Below are positions 13,971-18,003 of a stretch of 18,003 nucleotides of DNA, one piece after another. How positions within the stretch are numbered: position 1 is the stretch's first letter; every line of letters starts with the position of its first letter. The stretch covers positions 1 to 18,003 of the forward strand of contig JBBSWA010000019.1 of NCBI GenBank assembly GCA_038046485.1, read 5' to 3'. The notes beneath the pieces are model-generated. The model had not been told where the DNA came from, did not search any database, and saw nothing but the letters and a program-made list of their open reading frames with translations. The position numbers and the translations under genes are program-made. This stretch comes from Nanobdellota archaeon (lineage in GTDB: Archaea > Nanobdellota > Nanobdellia > Woesearchaeales > SM23-78).

Positions 13971-15053
13971 GTGAAATTTCAAAAGGCCTGTTTTTCATTC
14001 ATTTTACTTATTCTACTTGTTGGGTGCAGTACCAATAAAAACGTAGAAATGCCGGTTAAGATTGGAGCAGTCTTGAGTCTTACAGGCTTTGCAGCGTATT
14101 ATGGAGAAAACTCAAAGAACGGAATGGATCTGGCAGTAGACGAGATCAACCAAGCAGGAGGAATCAATGGAATTCCATTACAGATCATTTATGAAGATGA
14201 CGCAACCGATGGAAAAACAGCCGTTACAGCCGCTCAAAAGATGATTGACACAGATAAGATAGCCGCACTCCTAGGCGGAACATGGGATGTTTCTCTTGGT
14301 GCCATGGTTCCGATTGCAGACAGTTCTAAGATATTACTTATCAACCCTTCTACAGGTAACAATGAAGAAGGTACTCGTTTAAGTCCTTACCTCTTTAGGT
14401 TATGGTCTCCAACAGCAAAAAAGGTTCGGGCATATGCTCCGATTCTCGATAAAGAAAACATAAAAACGGTTGTTTTATTCAGGAACAGCGGAGCTTGGGC
14501 ATTAGGACATAAAAAAGCTTTAGAAAAATTACTAAAAGAAAGAGGAGGTTCTTTGTTTGGAGATATAGTTGGAGTAAATGTGGACGACAATAATTTCTAC
14601 ACGGAGATAACCAAAGCTAAGTCACTCAGCCCGGATGCGGTCTTCCTTGCGCTTGGTTTAGGAGATACAAGCAACGTCATCCGACGAATGAAAGAGCAAG
14701 GTTTTAAGGCCAAAATACTAGGTGCAGAAGGTACTATGGAAGTGGTAACCAAAAACATGATAGTCCCACAAGACGCAGAAGGTGCCTATTTTGTAGACCT
14801 TGTTTCTACCGACCCAGGCTTTATAGAGAAATACACGGCCAAGTACGGAAAGCCACCAGGAATATCAGCAGATACAGCCTACAAAGCGGTTCAAGTGCTT
14901 GCGCAAGCCTATAAAACAACAGGCACTACAGATACGGAAAAAATAAGAGCTTATTTACAAAGCCTACCTTTGTTTGATGAATATGGGGATATTATAATGC
15001 AAATTCCTATCTACCAAATTCAGTCAGGTAAACCAGTGCTTGTCTCTAAATAA
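13971..15053 (+). CDS. lipoprotein periplasmic-type solute-binding protein, branched-chain amino acid (LivJ-like) family
   Basis: Lipobox ILLVGCS; KIGAVLSLTGFAAYYGENSKNGMDLAVDEINQAGGINGIPLQIIYEDDATDGKTAVTAAQKMI. GTG start with TTTAAAAA about 27 nt upstream. Confidence 0.92.
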   Translation: MKFQKACFSFILLILLVGCSTNKNVEMPVKIGAVLSLTGFAAYYGENSKNGMDLAVDEINQAGGINGIPLQIIYEDDATDGKTAVTAAQKMIDTDKIAALLGGTWDVSLGAMVPIADSSKILLINPSTGNNEEGTRLSPYLFRLWSPTAKKVRAYAPILDKENIKTVVLFRNSGAWALGHKKALEKLLKERGGSLFGDIVGVNVDDNNFYTEITKAKSLSPDAVFLALGLGDTSNVIRRMKEQGFKAKILGAEGTMEVVTKNMIVPQDAEGAYFVDLVSTDPGFIEKYTAKYGKPPGISADTAYKAVQVLAQAYKTTGTTDTEKIRAYLQSLPLFDEYGDIIMQIPIYQIQSGKPVLVSK

Positions 15054-15105
15054 GCTTGTGCCGATCTCATTAATTTGAGCCTCAATCCAACACTCTTCCA
15101 ATTAC

Positions 15106-15432
15106 CTATCTCACCACCACCTTCACCTTCTGCGATCTTTTCTTCAAGTCTTCCAAAACAAGCTTATCGTCAACTTCCATGAGCTTCTGGATGACCGCAT
15201 TGTCTTTGTTCAATTTGAACAGTTTGGCTTTCCCAATGATTCTTGTAGGCAAAATAATGTTGTTTTTGATCAAGCCTTCCCAGATCCGGTACAGTGTAGA
15301 CCTTCCTATGCCAGCGTTCTTAGCCAAGTCCGTGATGGAAAAGTCCAGCTCTCGCTCCGTAAGCAAATAGTCCAAAACACGTATCGTGGGAGAGTCTCCC
15401 ATAAACTCGATGAACAAGGATGTTTCTTCCAT
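15106..15432 (-). CDS. HTH transcriptional regulator
   Basis: The rc of ccataatgg gives ATG GAA GAA ACA, and the rc of ctatctcaccaccacc gives GGTGGTGGTGAGATAG, so the gene is minus. HTH: FSITDLAKNAGIGRSTLYRIWEGLIKNNII. Confidence 0.85.
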   Translation of the reverse strand: MEETSLFIEFMGDSPTIRVLDYLLTERELDFSITDLAKNAGIGRSTLYRIWEGLIKNNIILPTRIIGKAKLFKLNKDNAVIQKLMEVDDKLVLEDLKKRSQKVKVVVR

Positions 15433-15470
15433 AATGGAAAGAATACCCCAACCTATTTAAATATTCCTAT

Positions 15471-15492
15471 ATTGATACAATATTGTATCAAT
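15471..15492. promoter_or_regulatory. perfect 22-bp palindrome, likely operator
   Basis: ATTGATACAATATTGTATCAAT lies just upstream of the ATTTAAATA TATA box of the minus-strand HTH gene. Confidence 0.65.
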
Positions 15493-15571
15493 TTAGGATT
15501 ATCCGATAAAACCGAAAACCTTCCGGAAAATCCAAGCGAGATTTTTTATAGGAAGTATCTTCTGCCAAATT

Positions 15572-15847
15572 ATGAGCTTTACAAAGGAGGAGATCAAGCA
15601 ACGAATCATCAGAAAGTTAGTGAAATGGAAAAAGTGGGGCGGCGCACACACCGAGAACATCCTAAACGGCTTGCCTTCCCATATCAGAGGAGAAAAAGTA
15701 ACAAAAGAAGCATTAAAAGAACTAGAGCGGGACGGCTGGATCCTACCCGCAAAGAAAACGAAAGAGATCCATTATTCGCTCAATCCAGAGAAAACAGCTG
15801 AGATCCTACAATTCTACGAAAAATATTGCAAGCAGGAAAATGACTAA
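15572..15847 (+). CDS. small winged-helix-like protein, 91 aa
   Basis: KKWGGAHTENILNGLPSHIRGEKVTKEALKELERDGWILPAKKTKEIHYSLNPEKTAEI. TTTTTATA lies about 26 nt upstream, consistent with a leaderless transcript. Confidence 0.75.
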   Translation: MSFTKEEIKQRIIRKLVKWKKWGGAHTENILNGLPSHIRGEKVTKEALKELERDGWILPAKKTKEIHYSLNPEKTAEILQFYEKYCKQEND

Positions 15848-15919
15848 TTTTGTACAGACTGGATGAAGAGTCAATCGACGCAAAAAAGCTTATAAACCCC
15901 TTCCACGTTCTTGACGAGC

Positions 15920-16372
15920 ATGGGTGAAGAGTTTGATCGTCTCAAGAAAAAGTACAATCTACCCTCTTTTGAGGTCTTAAACAATGAATTGGACCTAAGC
16001 GGAAGCGAAGAGGCCGAAAACCTCTTACGTTGGATAATGAAGCAAATGGGCGATCGGTTAGAATTCTTCTCCGACATGGTGGGTAACTTATTGCAACCCG
16101 ATAGCAATCCAAGTAATATTTATGAGTTAAGTGCCTTCTCAGAGGAAGAACGAGAAAAACTTCCAAGAATATACAAGGATCTTATGTTCCTTCATAGGGA
16201 GTATATGGAACAGGAATTAAATTATAAAGAAGAAAATTGCGCCCTATTCATACTTCATTTTATGAAAGAGTGGGAAGGCTTAAAAAAAGACCTCACAAGC
16301 ATATTAGGGGTTATGAAACGTTCGTGGAAGGGAGAAAACGCATTAAAGTCAGATTTAGTGTATTATGGGTGA
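15920..16372 (+). CDS. hypothetical helical protein, 150 aa
   Basis: ATG 15920 onward: MGEEFDRLKKKYNLPSFEVLNNELDLSG... The 3' end overlaps the adk start. Confidence 0.7.
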   Translation: MGEEFDRLKKKYNLPSFEVLNNELDLSGSEEAENLLRWIMKQMGDRLEFFSDMVGNLLQPDSNPSNIYELSAFSEEEREKLPRIYKDLMFLHREYMEQELNYKEENCALFILHFMKEWEGLKKDLTSILGVMKRSWKGENALKSDLVYYG

Positions 16373-17021
16373 ACTAAAGTTGAACATCATCATTATGGGG
16401 GCCCAAGGCTCAGGTAAGGATACACAAGGAGAACGCCTAGCATCAGTTCTAAAAATTCCGTTGGTGACTTCAGGAGATGTTTTTAGAGCAATAGCAAAAG
16501 AGAATTCTCCTAGAGGGAAAGAAGTAAAAAAGCTCTTAGACTCAGGTAACCTAGGGAGTGATGAAATGATCAACGGTTTCATCAAAGAGCGTCTCTTACA
16601 GGAAGATTGTAAGAAGGGTTTTATTCTAAATGGCTATCCTCGGAATCTCAACCAAGTTAGGTTTTTAGATTCCACAATTAAAATCGAAAAAGTGGTGGTC
16701 TTGGACATTGCAGAGAAAGTGGCCATCGAACGCATCTCTTCAAGAAGGGTGTGTAAGAAGTGCAATGCCAGTTACAATTTAAAGACCATGCCTCCTCACA
16801 TGGAAGGGATGTGCGATCGATGCGGAGAAGAGCTCGTGCAAAGAGAAGACGATCATCCTTCCGCCATTAAGAAGCGCTTGCAGATTTATCATGAAAAGAC
16901 AACCCAGATCATAAACTATTATAAGAAGAAGCACCTCGTGGTAAAAGTGGATGGGGCAAAACCAATTGAAGAAGTGCAAAAGGGTTTGTTAAGGTTGTTA
17001 AGAGCGAGGAAGAAAAAATGA
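16365..17021 (+). CDS. adk: adenylate kinase with zinc-binding LID
   Basis: IIIMGAQGSGKDTQGERLA Walker A; GYPRNLNQ; C-KKC...C-DRC LID. The start may instead be TTG 16380, which has the SD GGTGA 7 nt upstream. Confidence 0.92.
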   Translation: MGELKLNIIIMGAQGSGKDTQGERLASVLKIPLVTSGDVFRAIAKENSPRGKEVKKLLDSGNLGSDEMINGFIKERLLQEDCKKGFILNGYPRNLNQVRFLDSTIKIEKVVVLDIAEKVAIERISSRRVCKKCNASYNLKTMPPHMEGMCDRCGEELVQREDDHPSAIKKRLQIYHEKTTQIINYYKKKHLVVKVDGAKPIEEVQKGLLRLLRARKKK

Positions 17022-17125
17022 ACAACCTTACCAAATTAAAAGAGATAAGATCTAAAAGTAAGGTTGTTCAGGCCAAAAAAGGTACCCAACCAAAAGCATT
17101 AAAAAATGTGAGGTATCTTTTTTGA
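17018..17125 (+). CDS. tiny basic ORF, 35 aa
   Basis: MNNLTKLKEIRSKSKVVQAKKGTQPKALKNVRYLF*. The ATG overlaps the adk stop (ATGA) and the stop overlaps the next gene's region. Confidence 0.35.
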   Translation: MNNLTKLKEIRSKSKVVQAKKGTQPKALKNVRYLF

Positions 17126-17127
17126 GC

Positions 17128-17805
17128 ATGAAATCAAATATAAAAGCAGTTATTTTTGATTGGGGTGGAATTATTGTTACCGATGGATTTAAGCGAATCG
17201 TTCCTATTTTATCTAAGAAGATCGCGATTTCCGAGGAAGAATTATACCGCGCCTATCTAGACACCATTGATCCCAATTACATAAAGGGTTTAATTAAGGT
17301 GGAAGATCGCTGGAACGCCATGTTTGATAAGTTAGGCATCCGAGCGCCCTTAAGAGATTTCTTAATGGAAGTTCATAAGATTTACCAACCCATCAAGGGC
17401 TCTATTGAACTCATTCCCAAGTTGAAGCAAGCCGGGCTTAAAGTGGGAATCATATCAAATCAGAGCGAAGACACCCTCACCTATCTAAAAGAAAAATATC
17501 CTACGTTATTCAAGCTCTTTGATTTCTACATTTGGTCCTGTGAATTAGGCTATGCAAAGCCCGATCAGCGCATGTATGAAAAGGCCTTGGAAGCCGTAGG
17601 CGTTCCTGCAGATGACTGTCTTTACATTGATGACAATGACAAGTTCTTGGATAAGGCCAAGCACTTGGGTTTTCACACCTTAAAATTTCAAAGTCCAGAA
17701 CAACTGCACCAAGCATTCATTACAGGAAAAATCTTAAAAGAAGATCCACCTGAGCGGGATCGCGACGCATTACAGAAAAATTATAAGTTTGTGGGTAAAC
17801 TTTAA
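17128..17805 (+). CDS. HAD superfamily hydrolase, subfamily IA-like
   Basis: VIFDWGGIIVTDG; VGIISNQSE; GYAKPDQRMYEKALEAVG; CLYIDDNDKFLDKAKHLGFHT. ATG 17128, or possibly TTG 17122. Confidence 0.9.
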   Translation: MKSNIKAVIFDWGGIIVTDGFKRIVPILSKKIAISEEELYRAYLDTIDPNYIKGLIKVEDRWNAMFDKLGIRAPLRDFLMEVHKIYQPIKGSIELIPKLKQAGLKVGIISNQSEDTLTYLKEKYPTLFKLFDFYIWSCELGYAKPDQRMYEKALEAVGVPADDCLYIDDNDKFLDKAKHLGFHTLKFQSPEQLHQAFITGKILKEDPPERDRDALQKNYKFVGKL

Positions 17806-17874
17806 GCATTTTCTTAATTTTCATATGCGATCAAGTGTTCCAAGATGAATAAAACCCTGTTTTCAGGTTTTTAA

Positions 17875-18003
17875 ATGTTTAAGACTAAAAACCAATTTTA
17901 CCATAACATCGAACTGTACCAGATTAGTGAGCCTAATGCCGACGATAAAGGCTTAAGCGGTAATCAAATCTCATCATTTTCTCGTCTGCAAACTCAATTA
18001 TAA
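17875..18003 (+). CDS. possible small ORF, 42 aa, ending at the window edge
   Basis: MFKTKNQFYHNIELYQISEPNADDKGLSGNQISSFSRLQTQL*. No family recognised. Confidence 0.2.
   Translation: MFKTKNQFYHNIELYQISEPNADDKGLSGNQISSFSRLQTQL

Noticed and set aside
15472-15801. 109-aa plus-strand ORF beginning TTGATACAA
   Set aside because: Starts inside the perfect palindrome and overlaps the better-supported 15572..15847 protein in another frame.
17821-17871. Short ORF MNKTLFSGF* near the right end
   Set aside because: Too short, with no contextual support.
1-18003. CRISPR array, phage, transposase or toxin-antitoxin system
   Set aside because: No regularly spaced direct repeats, integrase/transposase signatures or recognisable defence genes were seen. 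The small HTH genes alone do not establish a toxin-antitoxin pair.

Overview
This window is densely packed and looks archaeal, probably DPANN-like. Supporting signs are archaeal TATA boxes (TTTATATA, TTTAAATA), GGTGA-type Shine-Dalgarno (SD) sites, GatD and GatE, a CDP-archaeol synthase and a BHB-type intron-containing tRNA. The main protein content is threonyl-tRNA synthetase, GatD/GatE, an archaeal phospholipid head-group module (Asd/Psd-like, CDP-alcohol phosphatidyltransferase, CarS-like), an Lrp/AsnC regulator, a predicted (alpha/alpha)6 glycosidase-like protein, a VOC protein, several small wHTH proteins, a lipoprotein solute-binding protein, adenylate kinase and a HAD hydrolase. Two signals are absent from the ORF track. 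(1) A 22-codon leader ORF directly upstream of thrS encodes MNANQEMNSKTLSSTTTTTTTV*, with seven consecutive Thr codons followed by a small hairpin and a T6 tract, so it is a candidate threonine-sensing attenuator in an archaeon. (2) A minus-strand tRNA-Arg(CCT) at 11585..11811 is interrupted by two introns, one at 37/38 and one inside the T-loop at 59/60 with a near-perfect bulge-helix-bulge. Other observations are two unassigned structured intergenic regions, a perfect 22-bp palindrome next to a wHTH gene, a likely frameshifted gene, a GatE that appears to lack the AspRS-like insertion, and small ORFs below the track cutoff. The track labels 10007..11197 and 15106..15432 as plus, but direct translation shows both are on the minus strand.
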